A stretch of DNA of 64,000 bases from a bacterium (GCA_046757525.1 JBHHYI010000001.1:123539-187538); one strand, 5' to 3'. Counted from the stretch's first letter, positions 45,527 through 55,846 are shown. The notes: generated from the sequence alone by a model not told the origin. Program-made: numbers and translations.

Positions 45527-46888
45527 ATGGCCGAACATCAACAAAGCACATTCGAAGATGAAGACCTGGTGCGTCCCATCGCACAGACTGGGGCGGGTTT
45601 TTATGCCATGGTTGTCATATTAGTAGGAGTGATTGCTTTTGCTGGCTATGCTTACATCAGGCAAGTGTTTTTTGGCTTGGGTGTCACAGGTTTGGCGCAA
45701 CCGGTATCGTGGGGATTCTATATCATCAACTTCGTTTTTTTTATTGGCATAAGTCATGCGGGGACCCTTATCTCGGCAATTCTCAGACTCTCGAAGGCAG
45801 AGTGGCGGCGTCCTATCACCCGCATGGCGGAAGTGATCACTGCGATTGTGTTGGCCATCGGTGGACTTCATCCAATTCTTGATTTAGGCCGCCCGGATCG
45901 TATGTTGCATCTTGTCAGCAGCGGACGTTTGCAGTCTCCATTACTTTGGGATGTTACCAGTATTACCGCCTATTTTGCTGCCAGTACCGTGTATCTGTAC
46001 ATTCCCATGATTCCGGATATCGCAATTTTGCGTGACCGTGGCATGAAACCACGCTGGCTTTACGAGTTCTTGGCCTGGGGCTGGCAGGGCACCGAACATC
46101 AGAAGAGGGTACTCGAAAGGGCAATCAACATCCTCATGATCATGGTCATTCCAATTGCTGTTTCTGTTCACACCGTCATTTCGTTCATATTTTCCATGAC
46201 CCTTCAGCCCGGATGGCATAGCACGATTTTTGGCCCTTATTTTGTGGTAGGCGCTATTTTTTCTGGCATTGCCGCGCTGCTGATTGTCATGATTGTTTTT
46301 CGAAAAGCATTTCATCTGGAAAAATATCTCAAAGAAATCCACTTTAATTATCTATCTATATTACTTCTAATCATGTCGGTGTTGTGGTTCTATTTCACCT
46401 TTTCTGAATATCTCACCGGGTATTATGGACACGAACCGAATGAAATGAGAGTTTTCTTTTACAAATTCATTGGCGACTTCTCCCCATTCTTTTGGTTAAT
46501 GATTATGTGTAATTTTATCATTCCGATGGCCATACTGGTAAACCCAAAAACCAGAAAGGTTTCGGGCATCCTTATCGCTTCCATTTCTGTGGTTATCGGA
46601 ATGTGGTTGGAAAGACTCATAATTGTCGTCCCATCTTTGGCGAATCCAAGGTTGCCTTACCCCACGGGTATTTATGTTCCGACGTTGACGGAGTGGAGTC
46701 TTTTTGCCGGTGGTGTGGCTGCATTTATCTTAGGATATTTGATTTTTGCAAAATTATTTCCTTTGATTTCAATCTGGGAAATTCAAGAAGGGAGACGACA
46801 CAGTGTTGAGGAGGTAGCCAGGCGGCTGAAATCCTATCTGCCTGAGCAGTCCCATGGCGAAATACTAAGTCCAGGCGCCGGAGCATAA
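45527..46888 (+). CDS. NrfD/PsrC-family membrane quinone-reactive subunit, ActC/QrcD-like
   Basis: WGFYIINFVFFIGISHAGTLISA, DLGRPDR, SPLLWD, SVHTVIS, GWHSTIFGPYFVVGAIFSG, GMWLER. Confidence 0.95.
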   Translation: MAEHQQSTFEDEDLVRPIAQTGAGFYAMVVILVGVIAFAGYAYIRQVFFGLGVTGLAQPVSWGFYIINFVFFIGISHAGTLISAILRLSKAEWRRPITRMAEVITAIVLAIGGLHPILDLGRPDRMLHLVSSGRLQSPLLWDVTSITAYFAASTVYLYIPMIPDIAILRDRGMKPRWLYEFLAWGWQGTEHQKRVLERAINILMIMVIPIAVSVHTVISFIFSMTLQPGWHSTIFGPYFVVGAIFSGIAALLIVMIVFRKAFHLEKYLKEIHFNYLSILLLIMSVLWFYFTFSEYLTGYYGHEPNEMRVFFYKFIGDFSPFFWLMIMCNFIIPMAILVNPKTRKVSGILIASISVVIGMWLERLIIVVPSLANPRLPYPTGIYVPTLTEWSLFAGGVAAFILGYLIFAKLFPLISIWEIQEGRRHSVEEVARRLKSYLPEQSHGEILSPGAGA

Positions 46889-46890
46889 GA

Positions 46891-47133
46891 ATGAAAAACA
46901 AAAAGCGAATTTTTTGGTTGCAGATTGCCTCAGTTTCCTTGATCTGGATTTTTGTCCTGAGCGTGGCAATTTGGATTTTGAAGTTGATTAAAGTTTCCCA
47001 TGAACTAAACGATGCACTTAACGCGTCGGTTGCGATCAGCATCGTGGCGATTCCAGTGTTTTTCACTTTGGCTTCGGTGCTAACCTATGTTTTTGTCGGT
47101 CTGCAAAAAGGCCGGGGTGGTGAAAGCAATTGA
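46891..47133 (+). CDS. Small two-TM membrane protein
   Basis: 80 aa, two hydrophobic helices, tightly coupled to the NrfD-family gene. Confidence 0.7.
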   Translation: MKNKKRIFWLQIASVSLIWIFVLSVAIWILKLIKVSHELNDALNASVAISIVAIPVFFTLASVLTYVFVGLQKGRGGESN

Positions 47134-47180
47134 GCCTGGGAAAGGGCGTCAGGTCATCTTCTTACTTAGGAGTCGACAAA

Positions 47181-48428
47181 ATGGCGGATTCTTTAAAGAA
47201 TATTCTTAAAATAAATTTGTTCTCAAAAATTCCTCGGTTCGGTCTAGTAATCCTTTTTTTGATGTCTCATGGTTTAGCGCAGCACGGCTTTGGTCAGGAA
47301 TTGACCTTGCCGAAAAATCCACTAAGAGGACGTTTTGTTTTTGAGCAAAAGGGGTGCATTAGCTGTCATGCCATTAAAGGCGAGGGTGGTGACATAGGTC
47401 CCGATTTAGGACAAAAAAAATACTACGGCAGTTTTCTTCAGCTTGCCGGCATCATGTGGAATCACGCTCCAGAAATGCTCAGGCGCATGCGTGAATTGGA
47501 GCTGCCGTATCCGGAGTTTTCGCGCACGGAAATGGTGGAGCTCATTGCTTATTTGTACTACTTGAGATATTTGGGCGAACCGGGGGATTTGTATCGTGGA
47601 AAATTCCTGGTTGAGGAAAAGGGCTGTTTGGCGTGTCATTCAATCGGTGGAAAAGGGGGAAAAGAGGCACCGGCATTCGATCGACTGGCGAAATACATCT
47701 CACCTTTATATATGGCCCAGGCCTTGTGGAATCACGGGCCTGAAATGGAAAAGAAGATTCATAAATTAGGCTTGAAACGTCCCAAATTCGAAAAGGGTGA
47801 GATCGTGGACCTGAGTGCGTATATCCGTGAAGCCAGCAAAGGCAGTGAGATGGAACAGGTGTATATGTCTCCCGGCAACCCGCAGCACGGTAAAGTGGTT
47901 TTTAAGGAAAAAGGATGTCTAAATTGTCACGCCATGAATGGCGTAGGGCAGGAGGTCGGTCCAAATTTAGGCGATTTGGAATTGAACTACAGTGTAACTG
48001 AGATTGCTGGCTTGATGTGGAATCACGGTTCGGAAATGGCGGAATTTATGCAAGAGCAAAAGATGCGTTGGCCAAAATTTACCGGCAAAGAGATGGCTGA
48101 TTTGATCGCTTACCTCTATTTTCAAAAGTTCACCGACAAACCGGGCGACCCCCGCGCAGGTCTGAATGTTTTTGCCAACAAAGGCTGCATTAATTGCCAT
48201 GGTGCCGGTGCAAAAGGCGGGAAGTATGCGCCAGCCTTGACGAAGTCCAAAGCACCCTTTTCGACTATCGATATGGCACAGATTATATGGAATCACGCAC
48301 CCGTGATGGAAGAACGAATTACAGAAAAAGTTATGAGTTGGCCTCAATTTACTGGAAAAGAAATGCGGGATTTATACGCATATCTATCCACTCTCTTTAA
48401 AAAAAACAATATTAAGGTTAAGGATTAA
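47181..48428 (+). CDS. Tetraheme cytochrome c made of four class-I-like repeats
   Basis: Four KGCxxCH units, each followed by WNHxxxM; AGGAG RBS before ATG 47181. Confidence 0.92.
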   Translation: MADSLKNILKINLFSKIPRFGLVILFLMSHGLAQHGFGQELTLPKNPLRGRFVFEQKGCISCHAIKGEGGDIGPDLGQKKYYGSFLQLAGIMWNHAPEMLRRMRELELPYPEFSRTEMVELIAYLYYLRYLGEPGDLYRGKFLVEEKGCLACHSIGGKGGKEAPAFDRLAKYISPLYMAQALWNHGPEMEKKIHKLGLKRPKFEKGEIVDLSAYIREASKGSEMEQVYMSPGNPQHGKVVFKEKGCLNCHAMNGVGQEVGPNLGDLELNYSVTEIAGLMWNHGSEMAEFMQEQKMRWPKFTGKEMADLIAYLYFQKFTDKPGDPRAGLNVFANKGCINCHGAGAKGGKYAPALTKSKAPFSTIDMAQIIWNHAPVMEERITEKVMSWPQFTGKEMRDLYAYLSTLFKKNNIKVKD

Positions 48429-48442
48429 CTCCGGAGGTTAAA

Positions 48443-49033
48443 ATGCGAAAATTGCTGTGGATTGCCGTAGTCATATTTTGTTCAGTTGCTTCAGCCGTCC
48501 TGTCGCAGGAGAAACAGGAAGCTCCCGGTTTTAGTTTTATTGGAACAAAGGGCTGTAAGAAATGCCACCTTAAGCAGTACAAGTCCTGGAAAGATACTAA
48601 GATGGCGCAAGCTTACGAGATTCTAAAGCCGGGCGAAAGAGCTGAAGCCAAGAAAAAGGCAGGTCTTGATCCGGCAAAAGATTATACAACAGATGCCAAA
48701 TGTCTTGCCTGCCATACTACCGGTTTTGGAAAACCTGGCGGTTTCGTCAGCTTTGAAAAAACTCCGCAACTGGTCGGCGTGAGCTGTGAAATGTGTCATG
48801 GAGCTGGCAGTGAGTATACCAAAAAGGAACACATGTCCTTGAAAAACAAGAATTATAAATTGGCAGAGGTAGTCAAGGTTGGCCTGGTCAGTCCGGTGAC
48901 AGGGGAGACCTGTACCACTCTCTGCCATAACGAAAAAAGTCCATTCTACAAAAAGGACGAGCCGTTTGATTTCAAAAAACGAAAGGAACAAGGTACCCAC
49001 AAGCATTTCCCGTTGAAATACAAACATGAATAA
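48443..49033 (+). CDS. Cytochrome c554-like tetraheme periplasmic cytochrome
   Basis: Signal peptide; CKKCH, CLACHTTG, GVSCEMCHGAGS, CTTLCH. Confidence 0.9.
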   Translation: MRKLLWIAVVIFCSVASAVLSQEKQEAPGFSFIGTKGCKKCHLKQYKSWKDTKMAQAYEILKPGERAEAKKKAGLDPAKDYTTDAKCLACHTTGFGKPGGFVSFEKTPQLVGVSCEMCHGAGSEYTKKEHMSLKNKNYKLAEVVKVGLVSPVTGETCTTLCHNEKSPFYKKDEPFDFKKRKEQGTHKHFPLKYKHE

Positions 49034-49138
49034 TGGCAGCCCAATCTGAGCCACAGAGGACACTTTTTCAGGGAGCTTTTTCTGAACCAGAGTTACTTGA
49101 AGAACAATTGCTATGCAACCTTTGAGGAGAGAGACGCT

Positions 49139-49615
49139 ATGATTGAATTGTTACGACATGTGAAGCTTTTCGATCAACTGAAACCAGACGAACTGCAAGA
49201 TGTTGCCAAGATATGCGAAAGAATTTCTTGCAAAAGTGGTGACCGTATTTTTGAAGCTGAAAGCCCTGCAGAATATTTGTACGTCGTGGGCAATGGGTCG
49301 GTGGAATTGCGCTTTAATGTGACCCACTACCACGCTTCAAAGGAGATTACCCTGGATCGCAAATTCAATGGTGACACTTTTGGCTGGTCTGCTCTGACTG
49401 AGCACAAAATCTATACGCTTTCTGCTTTAGCAATGCAAGACTCGGAACTATTGAGGTTAAGGGCCGAGGACATGACAAGTTTGAGTAATGACAACAATTC
49501 TCTGGGCTATATTCTGATGAAAAACTTAACCGAAGTGATCAGCAGCCGCTTCGTTTCTCTTCAGAGAGTCTTAATCGATGTCATTAGACAAAATCTTCAA
49601 GAAAAAGAGCTTTAA
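49139..49615 (+). CDS. Cyclic nucleotide-binding (Crp-type effector) domain protein without HTH
   Basis: LFDQL, GDRIF, LYVVGNGSV, GDTFGWSAL; GAGGAG RBS before ATG 49139. Confidence 0.88.
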   Translation: MIELLRHVKLFDQLKPDELQDVAKICERISCKSGDRIFEAESPAEYLYVVGNGSVELRFNVTHYHASKEITLDRKFNGDTFGWSALTEHKIYTLSALAMQDSELLRLRAEDMTSLSNDNNSLGYILMKNLTEVISSRFVSLQRVLIDVIRQNLQEKEL

Positions 49616-49693
49616 GCAGATGCAGAAAAGTTTGGCTTTCCGAAAAGCTTGCTTGTTTAACCTTTTGCTACTTGGCGAAGGGAGAACCAAATC

Positions 49694-50929
49694 ATGAATA
49701 TCGCAAAGATGTTGCAACAAAAGCGAGAATCGGCCTGCCTGCGCCTTAGCGTCTTGGTAATGACGGTTTTTTTAATTGGGGCAATCACCCATGCTTTGGC
49801 GCAGGAGAGTTTTGTGCGCCGGGAGCCGTTTCAGGGCCAAAAAATTTTCAAGGCAAAAAGATGCCAACGTTGTCACGCGATTCGCGGCAAGGGTGGCAAT
49901 GTTGCCAGGGATTTAGGGTGGCACGAATATTATGGCACCGCATTCGATTTAGCCGCAGATCTCTGGAATCATTCTCCAATAATGGGAGAAGTCATGGAGG
50001 AATTGAGCATCGATCGTCCTCTGTTCTCGGAAAAGGAAATGTTGGAATTGATGTCATTTCTATATTACCAAAGATATTTGGACAAGACCGGGAATGTCCT
50101 GAAGGGCAAGATGCTGCTTTCTGAAAAGGGTTGTCTCAAATGCCATAGCGTGCGAGGGCAGGGCGGAAAGATCGCGCCCAGATTGGACAAACTGTCCGTT
50201 TTTGTGTCGCCTCTGTTTATGGTGCAAGCTATGTGGAACCACGGGCCTGAGATGCAAAAGAACATGAAGAGATTGAACATACGCTGGCCCAAATTTAAGG
50301 GTGAAGAAATTGTGGATCTAACAAATTACCTTAGAATCTTGAGAATGGAGTCATCGAAGGACACAGTTTACTTGGGGCCTGGTAATTGGGCTTCTGGAAA
50401 AGAGCTCTTTAAAACTAAGGGATGTTTGCATTGTCATGCCGTTGGTGGAGAAGGTGGGGATATTGGAACAGATGTAACCCAGATGGATTTGGACAAGAGT
50501 GTTACGGAAATTGCCGGCCTCATGTGGAATCATAGTTCGTCGATGATGTCGATTATGGAGCGGGAGAATATTGGCTGGCCAAAGTTCCAGGGCAATGAGA
50601 TGCGCGACTTGATTTCCTATTTATATTTTGTAAAGTTTACGGCCGGCTCCGGGGATGTTAACGAAGGCGTGAAAATATTTAAAAGCAAAGGATGTATTCA
50701 TTGCCACGCCAGAAGCCAAGGCAGGGAACCAGTTGGTCCCGAGTTGTCTGAGTTGGAACCACTCCATTCACCCATTCAAATGGCTCAAATCATGTGGAAC
50801 CACGCACCGGGAATGGAAAGGAAAATGCAGGAATTGGATATTGCGTGGCCACAGGTTAAAAAAGGCGAGATGCAAGATCTGTATGAGGTTCTCAAACACC
50901 CAACGAAACTCGTGGAGAGGCGCGATTGA
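49694..50929 (+). CDS. Second tetraheme cytochrome c with four class-I-like repeats (paralog of 47181-48428)
   Basis: CQRCH, CLKCH, CLHCH, CIHCH, each followed by WNHxxxM; shares SVTEIAGLMWNH with the paralog. Confidence 0.92.
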   Translation: MNIAKMLQQKRESACLRLSVLVMTVFLIGAITHALAQESFVRREPFQGQKIFKAKRCQRCHAIRGKGGNVARDLGWHEYYGTAFDLAADLWNHSPIMGEVMEELSIDRPLFSEKEMLELMSFLYYQRYLDKTGNVLKGKMLLSEKGCLKCHSVRGQGGKIAPRLDKLSVFVSPLFMVQAMWNHGPEMQKNMKRLNIRWPKFKGEEIVDLTNYLRILRMESSKDTVYLGPGNWASGKELFKTKGCLHCHAVGGEGGDIGTDVTQMDLDKSVTEIAGLMWNHSSSMMSIMERENIGWPKFQGNEMRDLISYLYFVKFTAGSGDVNEGVKIFKSKGCIHCHARSQGREPVGPELSELEPLHSPIQMAQIMWNHAPGMERKMQELDIAWPQVKKGEMQDLYEVLKHPTKLVERRD

Positions 50930-51009
50930 GGAGGTCATTTGAGTGAAACTCCAGAGGAACGCCCTTGTCAAAACGACTAAGTCTCTGACACACTCAGGAA
51001 AAGAAATCA

Positions 51010-51504
51010 ATGGAATCTGAACCGGACGCTCTGAAGCGGAGAATTGAGAGCAAGCAACTCCCCGGCCAACCCGAGCAAATGCCGCGCCGCAAGTTTGTGA
51101 ACGTCTTGTTGGGTGGTGGACTGGTGACGACGGTTGGTGCCATTCTAACCCCGATCATTAATTTCATCATTCCTCCGAAAACCCACGAGGCAGTGCAAAG
51201 CAGCGTGGTGGCCGCTAAAGTAGGGGAGCTGCCTCTCAACTCCGGCAAAGTTTTCCGGTTCGGCAGCAAACCCGCGATTCTGATTCGGACGCAGAGCGAT
51301 GAATTCGTTGCCTTCACGGCTATTTGCACCCACCTCCAGTGCACGGTGCAATATCGCGCCGACTTTAAGCACATTTGGTGTGCGTGTCACAACGGCCATT
51401 TCGATTTGACGGGCAAGAACATCGCCGGGCCACCACCGCGGCCCCTGGAAGCCTTTAAGGTCGACATCCGGGGAGAGGACATCGTGGTCTCCCGCAAAGC
51501 TTAA
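51010..51504 (+). CDS. Rieske 2Fe-2S subunit of a Rieske/cytochrome b complex
   Basis: Tat-like RRKFV plus [23 protein letters not shown]. Confidence 0.95.
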   Translation: MESEPDALKRRIESKQLPGQPEQMPRRKFVNVLLGGGLVTTVGAILTPIINFIIPPKTHEAVQSSVVAAKVGELPLNSGKVFRFGSKPAILIRTQSDEFVAFTAICTHLQCTVQYRADFKHIWCACHNGHFDLTGKNIAGPPPRPLEAFKVDIRGEDIVVSRKA

Positions 51505-51532
51505 TCTGGGTGAAGTTCAAAGGATATTCACT

Positions 51533-52675
51533 GTGAAGAGCATGACTCAAATAGACGAGGTAAAGGAAGCCGGTAAAGCGACGCGCGGCAACGGGACACT
51601 AAGTCGCCGCGTGCGAAGCTGGCTGAAAGAGCGCTACGACCTGAGCGCTTTGGAGCATTTTTTCAAGAAGAAGGAAGTGCCCATCCACAAGCACAGCCTG
51701 TGGTACTATTTCGGGGGAATCACCCTGTTCTTTTTCATGATTCAAGTAGCCACTGGAATCCTGCTCCTGTTGTATTATCGCCCGACCGCGGAAGCTGCTT
51801 TTGAGAGCGTGCAATTCATCATGACCGAAGTGCGGTTTGGCTGGCTCATTCGTTCCATTCACAGTTGGTCGGCGAATCTGATGATTGCTGCTGCTTTCGT
51901 TCACCTGTTTAGCGTGTTTTTTCTGAAGGCCTATCGCAAGCCGAGGGAGCTCACCTGGGTCAGCGGGACGCTGCTGTTGTTTCTGGCCCTGGGTTTTGGT
52001 TTCTCAGGCTATTTGCTGCCCTGGAACGAGCTGGCGTTTTTTGCGACCAAAGTCGGTACCGAAATCGTAGCCGTGGTGCCGCTCATCGGACACTTCCTGT
52101 TGAAATTCCTGCGCGGTGGGGACGACGTCACCGGAGCGACGCTGACGCGATTTTTTGGCTTTCACGTAGCTGTCCTGCCCATGATTACGACTTTAATCCT
52201 TGCTTTTCATCTCTGGGGGGTGCAGAAACAGGGCATGAGCACACCTTTGCAATTCGAAAGGAAAAGAGGCCTGAAGGCCATGCCTTTCTTCCCCAACTTC
52301 TTGCTGCGTGACCTGCTGGGTTGGGTGTTGGCCCTGGGCGCTCTGGCGGCCATCGCAGCCGTCTTCCCCTGGGAGCTTGGCACCAAAGCAGACCCTTTTG
52401 CTTCGGCACCGATTGGCATCAAACCGGAGTGGTATTTCGTTTTCATGTTTCAGACCCTGAAATTTATCCCGGCAAAAATCCTGATTTTTGACGGCGAGGT
52501 GTTGGGCGTTTTAGTTTTTGCCGTGATCGGGGCTCTTTTGGTTTTGGTGCCGTTCCTGGATCGCAAATCCAGGTTGGGTCAGGCCAGTAAGGCTTTTACC
52601 ATCATTGGGTTGGCTGCCCTGGCTTACATGCTGATACTGACCATCATATCTTACACGATTCCTCAAACCTTTTAA
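51533..52675 (+). CDS. Cytochrome b (b6 and subunit IV fused)
   Basis: [47 protein letters not shown]. Confidence 0.96.
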   Translation: MKSMTQIDEVKEAGKATRGNGTLSRRVRSWLKERYDLSALEHFFKKKEVPIHKHSLWYYFGGITLFFFMIQVATGILLLLYYRPTAEAAFESVQFIMTEVRFGWLIRSIHSWSANLMIAAAFVHLFSVFFLKAYRKPRELTWVSGTLLLFLALGFGFSGYLLPWNELAFFATKVGTEIVAVVPLIGHFLLKFLRGGDDVTGATLTRFFGFHVAVLPMITTLILAFHLWGVQKQGMSTPLQFERKRGLKAMPFFPNFLLRDLLGWVLALGALAAIAAVFPWELGTKADPFASAPIGIKPEWYFVFMFQTLKFIPAKILIFDGEVLGVLVFAVIGALLVLVPFLDRKSRLGQASKAFTIIGLAALAYMLILTIISYTIPQTF

Positions 52676-52695
52676 CCGTTTGCAAAGGAAGCTTT

Positions 52696-53988
52696 ATGCG
52701 TTTCGCAAAAATAGCAATCTCCTTGTTTGCATTCTGCTTAAATTATCCGACTGTTGCTCAGGCCCAAGAGCAGTCGCAGAAGTCGGAGGAAAACAGTTGC
52801 ATCTCCTGTCATTTGGAAGTAGGCGAGGAGCTTGCCGTGCCCGTGGAGGGGATGAAATCGGACATTCATGCGGAAAAGGGGCTCTCGTGTGCCGATTGCC
52901 ACGGCGGAGATCCTAAAGCGGGATTGGACGGTGACATGGACGCGGCCATGGATCCTGCCAAGGGTTATATCGGGGCCCCTAAGCGTGCGGAAATCCCGCA
53001 ATTCTGTGCCAGGTGTCATAGCAATCCCAGCTATATGCGCCGTTTCAATCCCCGCGTTGCGACCGACCAATTTGACCGTTACCAGACCAGCGTGCACGGC
53101 AAGCGATTAAAGCGCGGGGACACCAAAGTAGCTACTTGTGTGGACTGCCACGGCGTGCATGGCATCCGCAATGCTAAAGACGCGCGGTCTTCGGTCTATC
53201 CGCTCAATATTCCAGCCACCTGTGCACGTTGTCACGCAGATGCGGAATATATGAAGGCTTACGACATCCCCACCGACCAGATCGAGGCGTACAAGACCAG
53301 CGTGCACGGCATCGCCCTGTTGCAAAAGGGGGATCTAGCCGCGCCTGCTTGCAACGACTGTCACGGCAATCACGGCGCCTCGCCGCCTGGAGCGCCTTCA
53401 GTCGCCTATATTTGCGGTCAATGTCATTTGAACAACAGCGAACTGTTTTTGAAAAGCCCGCATCGCGCTGCCTTTGACGATTTAGGGTTGCCTGAGTGTG
53501 AAACCTGTCACGGCAACCACGGCATTCAACTGCCCTCCGATGAAATGCTTGGCGTCGGTGAGAAGAGTATCTGCACGGATTGCCATGAAGAGGACTCAAA
53601 GGGCTATGTCACATCGGTTGCCATGCGCGAACAAATTGAGCGCCTGAAAGGTCAGATTTTTTTGGCGGACAGCCTGGTGTCAAAAGCGGAGCGGGCTGGC
53701 ATGCAGGTCAGCGAAGCCAAATTTCAGTTGAAAGATGCCCACGATGCCCTCATCAAAGCGCGTACCCAGATCCATAGTCTTTCCGTAAGCAGCATTACCG
53801 AGGTAACCAAGGGCGGTTTGGGCTTGACCAGCAAGGCCGTGACTGCTGGACGCAAGGCGCTTTCTGAATTGCAATTCCGACGAAAGGGCCTGGCCATTTC
53901 GATCATCTTCATTCTGATTCTGGCAGCAGGCCTTTTTCTCAAGATCAAGGAAGTCGACCGGAAACATCCGGTGCGGGAGACCTCTTGA
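52696..53988 (+). CDS. Nonaheme cytochrome c with C-terminal membrane anchor
   Basis: Signal peptide, 9 CXXCH, repeated YxTSVHG, helical stalk, C-terminal TM GLAISIIFILILAAGLFL. Confidence 0.92.
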   Translation: MRFAKIAISLFAFCLNYPTVAQAQEQSQKSEENSCISCHLEVGEELAVPVEGMKSDIHAEKGLSCADCHGGDPKAGLDGDMDAAMDPAKGYIGAPKRAEIPQFCARCHSNPSYMRRFNPRVATDQFDRYQTSVHGKRLKRGDTKVATCVDCHGVHGIRNAKDARSSVYPLNIPATCARCHADAEYMKAYDIPTDQIEAYKTSVHGIALLQKGDLAAPACNDCHGNHGASPPGAPSVAYICGQCHLNNSELFLKSPHRAAFDDLGLPECETCHGNHGIQLPSDEMLGVGEKSICTDCHEEDSKGYVTSVAMREQIERLKGQIFLADSLVSKAERAGMQVSEAKFQLKDAHDALIKARTQIHSLSVSSITEVTKGGLGLTSKAVTAGRKALSELQFRRKGLAISIIFILILAAGLFLKIKEVDRKHPVRETS

Positions 53989-54044
53989 ACTGGCAACGCA
54001 CCGTGGCTGCAGAAGCTCGAAAGGAACCCTGATTAGCTCTGCCT

Positions 54045-55700
54045 ATGACACCACGAAATGACACGGTACAAGAACAAATCGACAGAATCGTGGACATCCT
54101 GGATCGCTTCGAGCGCCGGCTGGCCCGCATCGAGGCCCGCTTAGACATTCGTTCCGCAACGTCGCCCGAGCCGGGAGCCGGGAATAAACCAGCGCCGGCC
54201 GCGCTAAGAGAAAACAGAGGGACAGGGTCGCTTGCAGAAGATTCGATAGAATTCAAAATTGGGGCCTATTGGCTCGCGCACGTGGGTTCGGTGGTGCTGC
54301 TTATTGGGCTGGCGTTTTTGATTAGCTATCCGTTCAGGGCCGTGCCTCCGGCGATGTCCACGCTGATTAGCTATCTGGCCGTTGCGGGTATCTTCGGCTT
54401 GTCTCGCTACTGGCGCAAAGCCTACCAACACCTGGGCCACATTCTCTTCGGTGGGGGACTCATTCTACTTTATTTTGCCACCCTGCGACTGCATTTTTTC
54501 ACTGACAGGCCCGTTATTGTTAGCAAACCGTTTGGACTGTTCGTGGTTGTGCTGGTATTGTCCGCGAACTTCTACATTGCAGCCGAACGCAGAAGCGAAG
54601 TCTTGTCGGGGATTAACCTGTTGCTGTGTTTCGCCACGGCTCTCATCAGCGACACCGTGCATTTCACCCTTATTTTTGCTCTCCTGTCTTCAGGAGCTGC
54701 GATGTATTTGTTGGTCAAACATGGTTGGAGCACGATCGGCATTTCTGGCGTCGTCATGGCCTACGCGGTACATCTGCTCTGGCTTTTGAACAACCCCGTG
54801 TTGGAAAAACCGCTCCAGGCCATTGCCCAACCTCACAACAATTTGATCTACTTATTCCTTTACGCCACCGTGTTTGCCGGCGCCAATCTTGTGCACAAAT
54901 CCTCTCGCACGGACTATTTTGAGCTTGTGAGCGCTGTGACAAACGTGCTGGGATTGTTTACGGTTAGCTCGCTCGTGTTCCTGACTTATTTCAAACCGCA
55001 GCTCAGCGGGATGTACGCGTGGCTGTTTGCGTTTCTCATCGTCATTGCTGCATTGCATTGGGTAAGGCAGCAGAGCAGATATGCCACGTCGGTTTACGCT
55101 TGTTTTGGCTACATGGCCTTGAGCATAGTCATTTTTGCGCAGTTTAAATCGCCAGACTATTTTGTTTGGTTGGGCTGGCAAAGTTTGTTGGTCATTTCCA
55201 CGGCCATCTGGTTCCGCTCGAGAATTATCGTTCTGGTGAATATCCTCATTTATCTCGCGATCTTCCTGGCCTATTTGGGTTTGACAGCCTCGAATGATTT
55301 TGTTAATTTGAGCTACGCTGTGGTCGCCTTAACCAGCGCCAGAGTGTTAAATTGGAAAAAGGACCGATTGGAATTAAAGACGGACTTGATCCGAAATGCC
55401 TATTTGGCCTCGGCTTTCGTCATGGTACTTTACGGACTCCATCATGCCGTGCCCAACAACTTCGTGAGCCTTTCCTGGCTTGGCGCGGCCCTCTTTTACT
55501 TCGGCTTGAGCCTGGCCCTGAGCAATGTAAAATATCGCTGGATGGCCATTTTGACCATTTTTGCGGTGCTTCTGCGGGTATTCATCGAGGATATGGCCAG
55601 CTTGGATGCTGAATTTCGTATCGCTCTGTTTTTGGCAGTAGGTATTGTCATTCTTTCGGTATCTTTTCTTTATTCGAGAATTACAAAGGGACATTCTTAA
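54045..55700 (+). CDS. Polytopic membrane protein (DUF2339-like)
   Basis: RLARIEARL coiled N-terminus, EFKIGAYWL..VG, many TM helices, FIEDM..L..RI..FL C-terminus. Confidence 0.8.
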   Translation: MTPRNDTVQEQIDRIVDILDRFERRLARIEARLDIRSATSPEPGAGNKPAPAALRENRGTGSLAEDSIEFKIGAYWLAHVGSVVLLIGLAFLISYPFRAVPPAMSTLISYLAVAGIFGLSRYWRKAYQHLGHILFGGGLILLYFATLRLHFFTDRPVIVSKPFGLFVVVLVLSANFYIAAERRSEVLSGINLLLCFATALISDTVHFTLIFALLSSGAAMYLLVKHGWSTIGISGVVMAYAVHLLWLLNNPVLEKPLQAIAQPHNNLIYLFLYATVFAGANLVHKSSRTDYFELVSAVTNVLGLFTVSSLVFLTYFKPQLSGMYAWLFAFLIVIAALHWVRQQSRYATSVYACFGYMALSIVIFAQFKSPDYFVWLGWQSLLVISTAIWFRSRIIVLVNILIYLAIFLAYLGLTASNDFVNLSYAVVALTSARVLNWKKDRLELKTDLIRNAYLASAFVMVLYGLHHAVPNNFVSLSWLGAALFYFGLSLALSNVKYRWMAILTIFAVLLRVFIEDMASLDAEFRIALFLAVGIVILSVSFLYSRITKGHS

Positions 55701-55846
55701 TAATGAGAATTGTTAGTTCGATTTTACCGAATCTGAGAAACAGTTTTTGGCAAGAACACATTTGTTTGTTCAAGGCTTTCGGGAAAAATTCTAAAAAACA
55801 AACAGATAGACCGAACGAAGTGTGCTGGAGCTGTGAAACCTCACGC

